From positions 95,728,001-95,792,000 of the forward strand of contig OX597824.1 in the NCBI GenBank assembly GCA_951406725.2: a stretch of 64,000 bases of DNA, given 5' to 3'. This stretch comes from Octopus vulgaris. Taxonomy: Eukaryota. Of this stretch, positions 27,230 through 40,453 are shown piece after piece. Under the pieces are notes generated by a model. That model saw nothing but the letters and a program-made list of their open reading frames with translations, was not told the DNA's origin and ran no database searches. Made by a program: the position numbers and the translations under genes. How positions within the stretch are numbered: position 1 is the first letter of the stretch; every line of letters begins with the position of its first letter.

Positions 27230-28560
27230 GTTACAGCCGTCTCCCTCAGTCTGGAATAACAAAAGTTTGCAGGTCGGGTTATTACATGTTTTGTAATGAT
27301 ATACCGAAATGACAGCAATATAGGACAGTCATAAACTGCCTCTCCTAAAAAGTCTCAAAAATTCTGGAATGCACCTATTAATCTTTTTGAGCACTTTATC
27401 AGAAAGTAGTCATGCGTATATAACAGAATCTACTTAACCATGCATATACAAACGACATTGTAGACACAATTATTTTTGAATTCAACCAGAAAATCTATGG
27501 CACGTTGATCTTCAGTGCAAACCAGACAAATGTCATTGCTCACGGCAAAAAACAAATAGAAATCCGAAAGAATTTCAAAGGGTTATTATTAAATAAAATA
27601 GATATTACACAAAGACTGTGGATAATTTAGATTTCCGGATATATATTGTACTGTAGAGGCGCGTGGCTAAGTAGTTAGGATGTCGCATCCACGATCTGGT
27701 GATCGAGGCTTCGATTCCCGATCGGACAGTGAGTCGTGTTCTTAAGAAAAACTCTTCATTTCTCGTTGCTCCAGTTTAGTCAGCTGTTGATGAGTAATCC
27801 TGGCCTCCCGTTGAGGGGGGGATGTTGTGATCTCGGTGACTTAAATGCCATGGAAACCAGGTAACCGGCCTTATGAATCCTCGGCCTCGAGACAGTACTA
27901 ACTTTTTATATACTGTATTAATTATAAGCCAGGGCATCAATTTTCTTGTGACAAAAATATTCCAACTTTGAAAGTAGTATGCATAACCAGTCTCTAAGTT
28001 ACACAGTGATTCACAAAGCAGGATCAAATAAAATTGATACTCGGTTGATCGATCTGACACACGAATGACCAATGAAGTATATCAATTTATTTGCCCATTC
28101 GACAATTGACCACGTTGGCAAGAACTCTACCAATCTCATCAAACAGCAAATAATCTTTCTTCTCCAGAATGGATCGCTAAACATGCATCTTGTTTAAAAT
28201 ATGTTAAAATTTTAGATAGGGACACACAAGGAAGCAAACACAAAAATATCATGTTCGAACCCACAGAGACAGACAACACAGTAAGTAGGTTGATAGAAAT
28301 TTATCTGTTGACACTGTCTACAAAAATGAAGGTATTTGTTGAAGGCCTCTCCTGGTAAGAACAATAAAAAATATCTTATATTTCAAAATATATACAGAAC
28401 AACGGCAATCGTTTAAATGTCAAGTACTGAAGTGCTAAAAACTAACTTTAGAACATTATGTTTTACTCAAACTACTCTGTAAAATTACTATGCCTCAAGA
28501 AATGAAAGCAAACCGTTTGTTTAACGAGTAGATCTATGAACACCGAAAGCAGGTCATCCA
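27230..28560 (+). pseudogene. Highly decayed Penelope-like element (RT C-terminus, linker, GIY-YIG endonuclease, pLTR remnant)
   Basis: Ordered motifs across frameshifts and stops: NLLNHAYTNDIVDTII (~L..NGYP...I), FRFPDIY (~LRLPYIG), LKVVCITSL*VTQ*FTKQDQIKLIL, then NEVYQFICPFDN / DHVGKNSTNLIK (~NVVY.F.C....Y.GKT.RNL). A decayed hammerhead lies at 28531-28558. A SINE C interrupts it at 27657-27900. Confidence 0.55.
27657..27900 (+). mobile_element. SINE family C inserted into the Penelope-like relic
   Basis: ggcgcgtggctaagtagttagg...cttcgattccc...gtgttcttaagaaaaactcttcattt. Confidence 0.8.
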
Positions 28561-30265
28561 AGAAACTAAAATCAATAAAATGTTTGGATAGTTTTCTCGG
28601 TGTTGCATTGACAATAATTGGCGGTTTTCAAAAGGAAAATTCTTTTGAGAAAATATTTAGAGCAAGCAAGAAAGAATATTTTTCATTATCTTTCAACAGA
28701 CTAAACTTTGAATAATTCCATCAAATATTTTTCGGTAACGCAGTCTACGACGCCGAGAGACATACACGCTATGAATGCATTAATGATTAGTGTTTCGCTT
28801 CTCAGATCTGAAATGGTTTTCGTTGCCGTGAATGTTACTAAAGATCCACCATCGTCCGACAAATTAGGTGTACTTCAGCTAATGTTGGCTCGGCAATCGT
28901 TACTACATCCAGTAGGCGGGGGATTGCGGAATTAGGGCCATTGCCCTATTTGATTGATAGAGCAGCGGTGTCAACCTGTCACAAAGCAAGGCCAACTAAA
29001 AGCCAAGAAGAATGGTCAGTGCAGGGATTGTTAAAAAGCGTTTCTGTAACCGTTTTTCTGTGGGTGAGGTTTTGGGGATTTAATCTAGAAGTCACAGACA
29101 TGTCAACAAAAACGAAGAAGAATGATTGGTGAAGGGATTGTCAAGAATCCTCTCTAAACGGTTTCCCTAGAATTTAATCTATAGGTCACAAAAATGGCAA
29201 ATAATTTTATTTAGATTTTCTGATAAAATAGGCGATGAAAGTTCAGACAGACCACTCGAATGTCAACTTATCTAACTATAATTTCTCCACTGTATTTCTG
29301 TCTCGCTATGTAAAGTCCAGTACATTCGTCATAATAAACAAAAGCAATCAGTTGGTACATTTCTGGCCGTTATGATTGTTTGTCTTGTATACATAAACCT
29401 ATTCATCTGACTGAAACAATGAGATTTTCAAGTGAAAGATAAATACGATGCCAGCTAAAATAACACGGTGACATTTCAACAGTTTAAGTCGAACCGTTTC
29501 CTAGACAACGTTTCTCTTATCGCAGCAGACAGAAATTTGTTTTAGACTTTACTCAATCGGGTTTGTAATTGTGGTTATGTAAAGATTATCAAAATAAATA
29601 CAACTGATGGACTCAACTCCACGATTTTAGTAATGATTTGATTTTGCTCTTAAAATCCACGAAGCTCTGACGTTCTTCCAAACAACACGTGAAAGAGATT
29701 CTTTGATTCAAATATTCTATGTGTGTTTGTTTTGTGCAATAAATGCTACCATTGATATAAGACCAACCTTAAATTTTCCATAGACTATATTGTACGTGAT
29801 ATTTATAAACTGGTTGACTGACGAACGAGTGAGTAGGCAGCGGTGCACTGTGGGTACTGAAACATTAGAGGTAAACTCGAACATCATTATTAGAAGACTG
29901 ACAGCATACCGGGTTTATAAATAGTGCAGAATTTTGAAATAGGTCTAAAATAGACGGTTAACCGGTTCGAAAACAAAATCTACCATATCACTAAAATAAC
30001 AAACCAGCAATTTGCCGTATGTTGGCGAGATGTTGCTTTCTCCGTCGTTAGAATATAGCGGTGTTAGGCTGCCATCTCTACTTCCTCCATATTTTGGTCA
30101 CCCATATCTCATCATGTCGGGCAACATGCTGACTTTATGCTCGACTTTATGTGCCAGCGTATAAAAACTGCTGGTAATACAAAACAAAGTGGGCCGCGAA
30201 AACACTAACTCGCCTGTTGACAAAAGTGCAACTTTACATATGAAAATATAATTCTTTTTACTATA

Positions 30266-30645
30266 GGCGCAAGAGTGGCTGTGTGGTAATTAGCTTGCTT
30301 ACCGACCACATGGTTCTGGGTTCAGTCCCACTGCGTGGCACCTTGGGCAAGTGTCTTCTACTATAGCCTCAGGCCAACCAAAGTTTTATGAGTGGATTTG
30401 GTAGACGGAAACTGAAAGAAGCCCGTCGTATATGTATGTTTGTGTGTCTGTGTTTGTCCCCCCACCATCGCTTGACAACCGATGCTGGTGTGTTTACGCC
30501 CCCATAACTTAGCGGTTCGGCAAAAGAAACCGATAGAATCAGTACTAAGCTTACAAAGAATAAGTCCTGGGGTCGATTTGCTCGACTAGAGGCGGTGCTC
30601 CAGCATGGCCGCAGTCAACTGACTGAAACAAGTAAATGAGTAAAA
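30266..30645 (+). mobile_element. SINE family A nested in a minus-strand SINE B
   Basis: Full A copy; B-tail sequence lies at ~30250-30268 and the B body resumes at ~30660-30845. Confidence 0.88.
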
Positions 30646-31337
30646 ACGTAAAGAGAATGGATATAAAGTCTGAAAATTTATGGGGAGGAACTAATCGATT
30701 ACGTCGACCCTAGTACATTACTGGTACTTATTTTACCGATCCGGAATGGAGGAAAGATAAAGTCGACTACGGCGGTATTGAAACTCAAAACGTAAAACCG
30801 GAAGCATTTTGTCCGACGTGCTAACGGTTCGACTAGCTTGGCGCCATTATATGAAGATACAATAAATAATAGATAGAAACAGCAATTAGGTAATACCTAA
30901 TTAGTGTATATTTTATTGTACACCAGGTAGATGTCAAAGGATAAAATCAGACACAAATCACTGAGCAGAAAGAAACCCCGCTGTTAAATGATTGCTATTC
31001 AATAGGCCAGAGTTGGTTGCTTCTGTATTGAAATATAGTAGAATTAGTGAAATTACTTTATAATTTAGCGTGACTTTTATTTCAAACATATCTGCTGGTG
31101 TCGGTGCTGAAGCATTTATGTGGTGTTGGGGATCATATTGGCGTTGGTTCTGATATTCATACTGTCTATTATAATTTGCATTAACTCTTTTATCTGTCCT
31201 GTGTATCACATGCGATAAGCAGGACATATTTTCCTGGCGGTCATGCATCATACATGATACACATCCCCAGTTTTCTTCAATCTTCTGAATAACTTGGGAC
31301 GTATGAAAGGAAGGCTTTATATTACTCAGAACCTAAA

Positions 31338-31553
31338 AGGCGGCGAGTTGGCAGAATCGTTAGCAAGCCGGGCGAAATGCTTAGCGACATTTCATCCGTC
31401 TTTATGTTCAGAGTTCAAATTCTGCCGAGGTCACTTTTGCCTTTCATCGTTTCGGGGTGGAGGGTCGACAAAATAAGTACCAGTTGAGCACTGGAGTCAA
31501 TGTAACCGACTTACCCCCCCCCCAAATTGCTGGCCTTGTGCCAAAATTTAAAC
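31338..31553 (+). mobile_element. SINE family B with a 15 bp flanking duplication
   Basis: tatattactcagaac at 31318-31332 and 31556-31570. Confidence 0.88.
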
Positions 31554-32079
31554 TATATATTACTCAGAACGTATGATCCGAGGGTTAACTAAAAGCCGGA
31601 AAACAAACGAGGACGTTTAGGACAAACTTATGAAAAGGCTTTCGACAGGCAAAGGTTTAAAATATTCGCCGTTTATTCATAATTCAATTCATGAAAATAT
31701 TTCTCGTCTAAACCCTTGCCATGTTGGACACGAGAAAAATAGCCTTTCCTCCTAGTTCCAACTAACCGGCGAATGACAATCGAAATGGCAGAAACGGTTT
31801 ACAATACAGTACGTGATTTGGAGTATTCTATGGTTTAATCGGAAGGCTAGAGTGCTGCACTAACTATTTCAAGATCTTGGCTTCGATTCCCCGACTGGAT
31901 GGTGAATCCTATTCTTGAGAAAAACACTCCAGTCTACTTAGATGTAAATGAATAGCCCTGCAACGGACCGGCGTCCCGTTCATGTAAGTGGGAGGCTGTT
32001 GTGATCTCGGTCACTTATACATCATGGCAATCAAGTAACCGGCCCCATGAGCCCTAATATTGGATACAATAATGTCCAT

Positions 32080-32494
32080 AGGCGTTTGAATTACTGTGTG
32101 GTAAGTAGCTTGCTTACGAACCACATGGTACCGGGTTCAGTCCCACTGCGTGGCACCTTGGGCAAGTGTCTTCTACTAGAGCCTCGGGCCGACCAAAGCC
32201 TTGTGAGTGGATTTGGTAAACGGAAACTGAAAGAAGCCCGTCGTATATATGTATATATATATTGTGTGTGTGTGTGTGTTTGTGTGTGTCGGTGTTTGTT
32301 CCCCCAACATCGCTTGACAACCGATGCTGGTGTATTTACGTCCCCGTAACTTAGCGGTTCGGCATAAGAGACCGATGGAATAAGTACTAGGCTTACAAAG
32401 AATAAGTCGTGGGGTCGATTTGCTCGACTAAAGGCGGTGCTCCAGCATGGTCACAGTCACATGACTGAAACAAGTAAAAGAGTAAAAAAAGAGT
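32080..32494 (+). mobile_element. SINE family A (full length)
   Basis: Near-consensus copy. Confidence 0.9.
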
Positions 32495-33989
32495 ATAGGA
32501 CTAACCTACTTACAGTGTAAGCGATGACACGATCGCCCGGCAAACAACAGATACATACATGGTTCGTGCCCGTCATTAGGCCTTGTGCTATTTTCTCGTA
32601 ATTATGCAGTCTAATATCGAATGCAGGGCATGTTTTGGTGTTCGATTCTAAAATATTAGCATTTTGGCAGCATTAGATGATATCTAACCGTAACGCTAAT
32701 TGATAGTTGAGATTAGGGATCTCCTGCCTATTGTGTGGGCCTTCACATAAGGGGTGATCTTTGTACATTGCTGTTTTCAAGCCGCAGTACAGACGTTGAT
32801 GTCTAAAGATGTAGGTTGCTGATGACGAAGCTAAAAGTCCAAAATTACAAAATTTGGTTTCAAATTTTTTAGGCACAAGGCCAGCAATATAAAGGAGGGA
32901 TAAAGTGACCCCAGTGCATAGCTGGTACTTATTTGATCGACCCTGAAAGGATGAAAAACAAAGTCACAAAGTCGACCCCAGCGGTATTTGAACTTAGAAG
33001 GTGACTTTGGTGTCTTCTCCAACAACATTAGGTGCCGAATGACGCCTTCTGAGTGAATTTGGTAAGCGGAAACTTAGTAGAAGCTCGGAATGTATATGTG
33101 TGTGTGTGTGTGTGTGTGTTTGTCTCCCCTCACACTTGACAACTAGTGTTGGTTTCTTAGCGGTTTGACAAAAGTGATCGATAGAATAAGCACCAGATAT
33201 TAAAAGGAAAAAACAATGAACACTACGGTCGATTTGTTTGACTAAACTCTTCAAGGCGGTGCCCCAGCATGGCCACGAAACAATGAATGATGCAAGTACA
33301 AGATACACGAATACAGTGTACAGTTTCTAAAGTTTACATACAAGCACTTCTTGTACATCCGTTGGGAGACATTGGTATACATTGGCAGAATAAAGATATA
33401 CCAAGCTGTATAACACAGATTCATTACGATATAATCTTGTAATCCAATCGGTGGGAAGTTTTGGGTGTTTCGTAAAGAACCAATTACGCAACTAGGTAAC
33501 CAACATATATGCCCATGTGTGTGTGTGTGTATATATATATACATACATACGGGCATATGTTGGTTATGTATATGTGTGTGTATTTATGTATACTTATATA
33601 TATGCATTTATGCATATGTATATTTATGCATGCATGTATGTATATGTATAAAATACAGGTACATGTGTTCACCATTAATTGGTGTTTTACGTCGTATTCA
33701 GAACTAAAAGCCTATTAGATTTCAAAATTATATATAGGTGCAAGTGCAGCTTGTTGGTAAGGAGCCTGCTTCCTAATCACATGGTTGCGAGTTCAGTTCC
33801 ACTGCGTGGTACCTTGGGCATGTGTTGTTTTATACTCTAGCCTCGGGCCGACCAAAGACTTGTGAATCGATTTGGTTGAGGGGAAACTGAAAGAAACCCA
33901 TCGTATATGTTTGTGTGTGTTTGTATGTATCACTGTACCTATGTTTGTCTTTCACCACCGCTTGACAAATTAGTGTGGGTGTGTTTACA

Positions 33990-34038
<49 letters not shown>

Positions 34039-34347
34039 ACACACGATATATACACGCGATGGACGTCTTTCAGTTTTCATCTACCAAATCCATTCACAAA
34101 GCTTTGGTCGGACCGAAGCTATAGTGGAAGACACTTGCCGACGGTTCCACGCGGTGGGATTGAACCCGGAATCATGTGGTTGAGAAGCAAACCTCCTTAC
34201 CACATGGTCACGCTTGCCTATCTCCCTATCTATACTTTGAACTTAGTCAAAAGACCGAAAAGCGCAATATATATATATATGTGTGTGTGTGTGTATACAT
34301 ATGCAAAGACTGAGAGAGAGAGTAAGAGAGAGAGAGAGAGAGAGAGA

Positions 34348-34383
<36 letters not shown>

Positions 34384-34448
34384 GGCTGAAATTTACAGAA
34401 AAGGTCGAAAAGCGCAATATATGTGTGTGTGTGTATACATATGCAGAG

Positions 34449-34495
<47 letters not shown>

Positions 34496-34519
34496 ATATA
34501 TATATATATATATATACAT

Positions 34520-34716
34520 GGCTGAAATTTTCAGAAATGCAAAAGACGAAGACAGTTGTATAAATAACAAGCAACTGTATTAGTTTGACGCTCGGGAAAA
34601 TGAGAAAGTCTTTTATATTTCGAGCCTACGCTCTTCAACAGAAAGGAATGAGAATAAAAACAGAGAGAGAATATAAAAAAAACTTGTGGATTTAGCGATC
34701 AAGCATGGCGACTGGT
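34520..34716 (-). mobile_element. (TA)n-embedded hammerhead cassette, family 2
   Basis: Homologous to 35593-35779 (inverted), 35892-36022 and 49361-49428. Confidence 0.75.
34610..34645 (-). ncRNA. Minimal type I hammerhead-like motif with core CUGUUGA
   Basis: CUUU-CUGUUGA-A-GAGC(GUAG)GCUC-GAAAU-AUA/AAAG. Confidence 0.6.
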
Positions 34717-35592
34717 TATATATATATCTGTGAGTCCGATATTTTTGTTTTTGTTTTTGGTTTGTGCCATACAATACATATTAGATTAAATATGAAAAAT
34801 AAAACTCAAATTATATTTCAGATCTCAAACGGACATTTAATATTTAAAAATTAAATTATATGCAGATTAATTTCATTAATTATAATTGCTCCGAGGTCTT
34901 GTAATATATACAATGCAAAGTAGGTTAAACTTGTATGTATGTTTGCATTTGTGTGTGTATGTGTGCGTGTGTGTGTGTGCGCGTGCGTGCTTGTGTGTAT
35001 GTGTGTGTGTATCTGTGTTTGCGTGTGTGTGTGAGTGTGTGTGAGTGTGTGTGAGTGGCTGTGTGTGTGTGCGCACGCGTACGTGTGTATGCGTGTGTGT
35101 AGACGTGTGCGCGCGTGCGTAAGTGTATGGGTGCATGTGTGTGTGTGTACGTGCGAGCGCATGTGTATGTGTGAGCATGCGTGTGTGTGTGTGTGTGCGT
35201 GCGAGCGTGTGTGTATGTCTGTGTGTGTGTGTGTGTGTGTTTGTTAATTGCTGCCTTCGAGTAGAAAGTCAAATGAGACAACTTCGCATTATTTAGAGAC
35301 TTTTGTTTTTATATTCTCTTTCCGTCACTGGACTGCGGCCACGCTGGAGCACCGTCTTGCGGTGTTTAATCGAGCAAATTGATCTTAGTACTTATTTTTA
35401 TGTACGATACTTATCCTATTCGACCTTTTTTGCCGAACCGCTAAGTTATAGTGAACGTCAAGAAACCAACACCGGATGGCAGGCGGACAAACACAAAAAT
35501 GGACATATACATTTATACTCACATGTATATCTATCTATCTATCTATCCATCCATCCATCCATCTATCTATATTATATATATATATATATATA

Positions 35593-35778
35593 ACGCCATG
35601 ATAGACCGTTAGCTCCTACACGCATTTTTTTCTCTCCTTGTTTCTTTCCTGTGTATCTTTCTGTCGAAGAGCGTAGGCTCGAAACGTTCTATTTCTATTC
35701 CTGAGCGCCATACTAACACATTTGTTTGTTTGTACTCCACCTGCCTTCGTCTTTTGTTTATTTTCGTAAACCTTCCCG

Positions 35779-35779
<1 letters not shown>
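35593..35779 (+). mobile_element. (TA)n-embedded hammerhead cassette, family 2
   Basis: ctttctgtcgaagagcgtaggctcgaaacgtt at 35657-35688; (TA)n on both sides. Confidence 0.75.
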
Positions 35780-35831
<52 letters not shown>

Positions 35832-35845
35832 CATACATACATACA

Positions 35846-35891
<46 letters not shown>

Positions 35892-35892
<1 letters not shown>

Positions 35893-36022
35893 TTGAAATT
35901 TACAGAAAAACAAAAGACGAAGGCAGGTGTATAAACAACAAGCAGGTGTATTAGTTTGACACTCCTGAAAGTGAGAAAGTATTTTATGTTTCGAGCCTAC
36001 GCTCTTAAACAAAAACGGAATA
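35892..36022 (-). mobile_element. Hammerhead cassette family 2, partial, inverted relative to 35593-35779
   Basis: caaaagacgaaggcaggtg...gtttcgagcctacgctctt; core degenerate. Confidence 0.7.
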
Positions 36023-36745
36023 AGTATACAGCAGGCTTCTACACAGTTTCCGTCGACCAAAATTCACTCGCAAAGCATCGGTCGGTCTGCGGAGATAATA
36101 ATAAAAGATATGTGTATGGTAATACGCAGCGTGACCGAACCGAAAACATTCTGGTTGCAGCGAACTTCTTAAACATACACCTAGTCTTGCACCTGCATCA
36201 TTATCTTTCAAAGTCTTCCAATGAAGTATTTATTCCGCTCTGAACTTGAAGAAGAATAGGACTTGTTAGCCATTGTTGTAACGCAAGAAAAAGAAACTAG
36301 ACTCGGCGCAGCTTTAACCTTGTGAATGTCACGGAGAAGGAAACATGATTTCAGCGCTCTGTCTATTGTATTAAGCCATTGAACCAAGTTTACACAAAGA
36401 GCTGTTGTTGTTGATGATGATGATGATGATGATGGCGACCAAGACGACGACGGTGAAGATGGTGGAAGCGACGGCAGTGGTTATGATTTATAATGATGAT
36501 GTAAAGACTGGGTAGAGAAGAGCGGGGACGGGAGACGGGGGGACGGGGGACGGGGTGGAATGAGAAGTAGAGAATGAAAAATAAAGCGGAGAAATGCAGA
36601 AAATAAGGTGAAAGGTGACGGGGTGGCGCGGAGGGGGGGAGAAAGTGGGAAAAAAAAGAACAATGAGGAGAAGGAGGAGGAGGAAGAGAAGGCTTTGACA
36701 AACGAAGTGACAGCGTACAGTTTGCGCACGCGCACGCAGACGCGG

Positions 36746-36782
<37 letters not shown>

Positions 36783-38047
36783 AATATAGGTATATACACC
36801 AATACGGGGTACACTGCAAAACAGAACTCATAAGTGTGTGTGAGTGTGTGTGTTCGGTATGTGCAACAGAAGAAGTATTAGTTTAAAACAGCAATCTGTG
36901 TATCATACTTAAAGCAGACAGAATCTTTTAAATATCGTGTGAGATAAATTCTTATTTGACTGAGACTATTTTCGCTTCAAGAGAAGATAAAACAACCATT
37001 CAGCAACGATTTCCTGGGACTCTGAATGAAAAAGGAGATATTCCGAAGACATCAAAATCCTTCCGAATTAACACGTCATTAAGAAACGGGTGGTGTGATT
37101 TTGATGGAGAAAAGTGGGGAGTTGTGAACATCTTTTTGCTACCTCGAGTACGAGCCATTAACAAAGTATTGTTTAACATTAATTTCAGGTAGATGTAAGA
37201 TTGAAAACTATACGAAAAGGGTGGTGAATATTTAAGGTGTAATTGGCATAATTAAAATGAAGTATAATTTGCACCTGAAGGCTGGTGGCCTAGTTGTTAG
37301 CGTACTGCACTCACGATCGCTGGATCATGAGTTCGATTCCTGGACCGGGCGGCACGTTGTGTTCTTGAGCAAAACACTTCATGTTGTTCCAGTCGACTCA
37401 GCTGTAAATAGGTGACCCTGTGACAAACTGCCCTTCCAATCAGGAGGAATATTGGCCTGCTCGCCTAGACAGCGGGGGTAGCGTCATTCGAAAGCGAAAA
37501 CCATGTAAGGCGTATTATGACTAGCGATGTAAAACAGCATCTGATAATCTAGGTAGAAACCATGATACCGAGATAATTAGCTTAATTAAAACGGATATGG
37601 GCTAAGATACATAACTCAAAGAGGCCAGAGGCATGAATTTAGAGAGCAAAGACATTTAAATACATTACAAGATTTATTTAAGTTACCTTCGCTTCGAGAG
37701 AAGGTAAAGAAACAAATACCTAAGTTATACGGAAACAAAATCGGGCTGGGCTCCGCTTGAGCAGGTGAGCCGCTATGTTGCTTATAAAGCTTTCCATACT
37801 TTAACTTGACTTATTTCTTATTACTAAGAACTCCTCCTTTCAGCAAAATGCACACGCACACACACACACACACACCCAACACACACACACACACACATTA
37901 ATGTTTGTTTTATGTTCGGTGATAATAAAAAGAACAATTTTACATTAATCCGATGGATTACTCTATACTTTTGTAGAGTACAGTCTTATTATTCTTAAAC
38001 AAGAATGTTGTTGACAGTGATTTCGAATTTTCGGCAGGCTAAGCCAT

Positions 38048-38083
<36 letters not shown>

Positions 38084-38500
38084 GCACACACACAAGTGTG
38101 AATATGAGAGGGGAAATGTTGAATAGAATCACAACTGATTCTCTTGTATTTTCTTTTATCCAAAGCCAATATACAAGAGGATCGATTAATTATGGTTTTA
38201 TTCGACATATTCCCCTCTCAGATTCACACACTTATTGCAGCAGTCCTTCAGTTTTTCTATGCCCTGTAAAAGAACTCGGAAGGTTGGGCCTCCAGCCAGG
38301 ACTTTCGCGACACCAATAAAGCCAAGAACTTTTCAGCAACCCACGTGTGTGCGTGTGTGTGTGTGTGCAAGCTAGTATACTACCGGCCCTACCGATGACA
38401 CGAGGACATAGCCAGCATGAGAATCTCATGATTGTTGTACACGCTCTACAACCTTGTCTGTATACATATACCTGGACCGCCCCTCGTCCCATCCACCTGT

Positions 38501-38571
<71 letters not shown>

Positions 38572-39291
38572 CTGAATGTGCTTGCGTCGACAATTGGAGT
38601 ACCGAATTATGTATGTATGTATGTAAATGTATGTGTGTGCGTGTGTGGGGGTGTATTTATGTAAATGTATGTGTGGGTGTGTGTATATATTTATGTATGT
38701 ATGTAAATGTATGTGTGTGTGTGGAAAGGGTTGTATTTACATGTCTAAATCTAAAACTGATAACAGACTCTTTGCCCGGTCGTTGTCAAGAGCAGAAGAA
38801 ACCAGATTGAAGGAGATCTATCTGGATTATTGCTCTTCGTTCGCTCGTACACAAAACCCATAACCATTCGAATTTTCATCGTATTTGTCAACGTGACCTA
38901 CTTGTTCTACATGTTCTATTATAACCGGTTTTTTTCTGAAAAGAGACGACATAACAAAGGAGACAGGTGTAGTGAGCAGCCGCGGCGGACGGTGAAGCAA
39001 TGCACTTTGAGGGAACGAGGGGGAGGAGAGAGAGGGTGGTGGGGAGAGAGAGAGTGAGGGAGACAGAGAGGGAGAGAAAGGAAAGAAAGAGAGAGGAGAG
39101 AGAGAGGGAAAGAGAGAAGTGAGACAGAGAGGGAGAGAGGGAAAAAGAGAGAGATATAAATTTATATACATTCATACATACATACACACATATATATACA
39201 TGCATACATACGTACGTACTTATATAAGTACACACACATATATATATATATATATACGTACGTACTTGTATACGTACATACATACATACAT

Positions 39292-39358
<67 letters not shown>

Positions 39359-39490
39359 CATATATATATACTCATCACTAAAATCATGTACGTAAACATC
39401 TATTTCTATATCTATCGATCTATTTATAAATACAATGTATACATAGACATGTGTGTGTGTGTGTGTGTGTGTACAGACAGACAGACAGAC

Positions 39491-39547
<57 letters not shown>

Positions 39548-39691
39548 TAGATAGATAGATAGATATAGATAGATATAGATAGATAGAAGTATGTATGTAT
39601 GTACGTATGTACGTATGTCGATATAAACTCGTACATACGAGTATTGCGTATTTAGAATGTCGGAACCATTATGGCTTCAATGTTCGGATGC

Positions 39692-39744
<53 letters not shown>

Positions 39745-39989
39745 GGGGAAAAAAGAAAAAAACAAGATGGAGTAAAAGTAAAGCGCGAAAGCCGACGATC
39801 GTGCGTAGATGTTTTAACATGAAAAGAAAGAAAAAGAATGAAAAAAGAATGCGATAAATAAGAGAAAAAAGTGTGGAAATGTTGTTATCTTGGCTGCTCT
39901 GTCTAAGTAAACAGATCGAGATTAGGATTCGTGATACACGAAGTTCATTACTGTATATATAACAACAGCTGGTGTTACAACCGTGTTAC

Positions 39990-40291
39990 TACTATCGCTA
40001 CTGCTGCTGCTACTACTACTACTACTACCACCACCACCACTACTACTACTACTACCACCACCACCACCACCACTACTACTACTATTACCACCACCACCAC
40101 CACCACCACTACTACTACTACTACCGCCACCACCACCACTACTACTACTACTACCACCACTACTACTACTACTAATTACCGCCACCACCACCACCACTAC
40201 TACTACTACTACTACCACCACCACCACCACCACTACTACTACTACTACTACCACCACAACCACCACCACTACTACTACTATTACCGCCACC

Positions 40292-40332
<41 letters not shown>

Positions 40333-40420
40333 CACCACCACTACTACTACTACTACCACCACCACCACCACCACTACTATTACCACCACTACTACCACCA
40401 CCACCACCACCACTACTATT

Positions 40421-40453
<33 letters not shown>
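39990..40453 (+). repeat. Compound (TAC)n/(CAC)n trinucleotide tract
   Basis: Alternating blocks of tac and cac. Confidence 0.95.

Noticed and set aside
31110-31218. Transmembrane-like reading frame IYVVLGIILALVLIFILSIIICINSF on the + strand
   Set aside because: Bounded by in-frame stops, with no convincing acceptor or start; T-rich DNA produces such peptides by chance.
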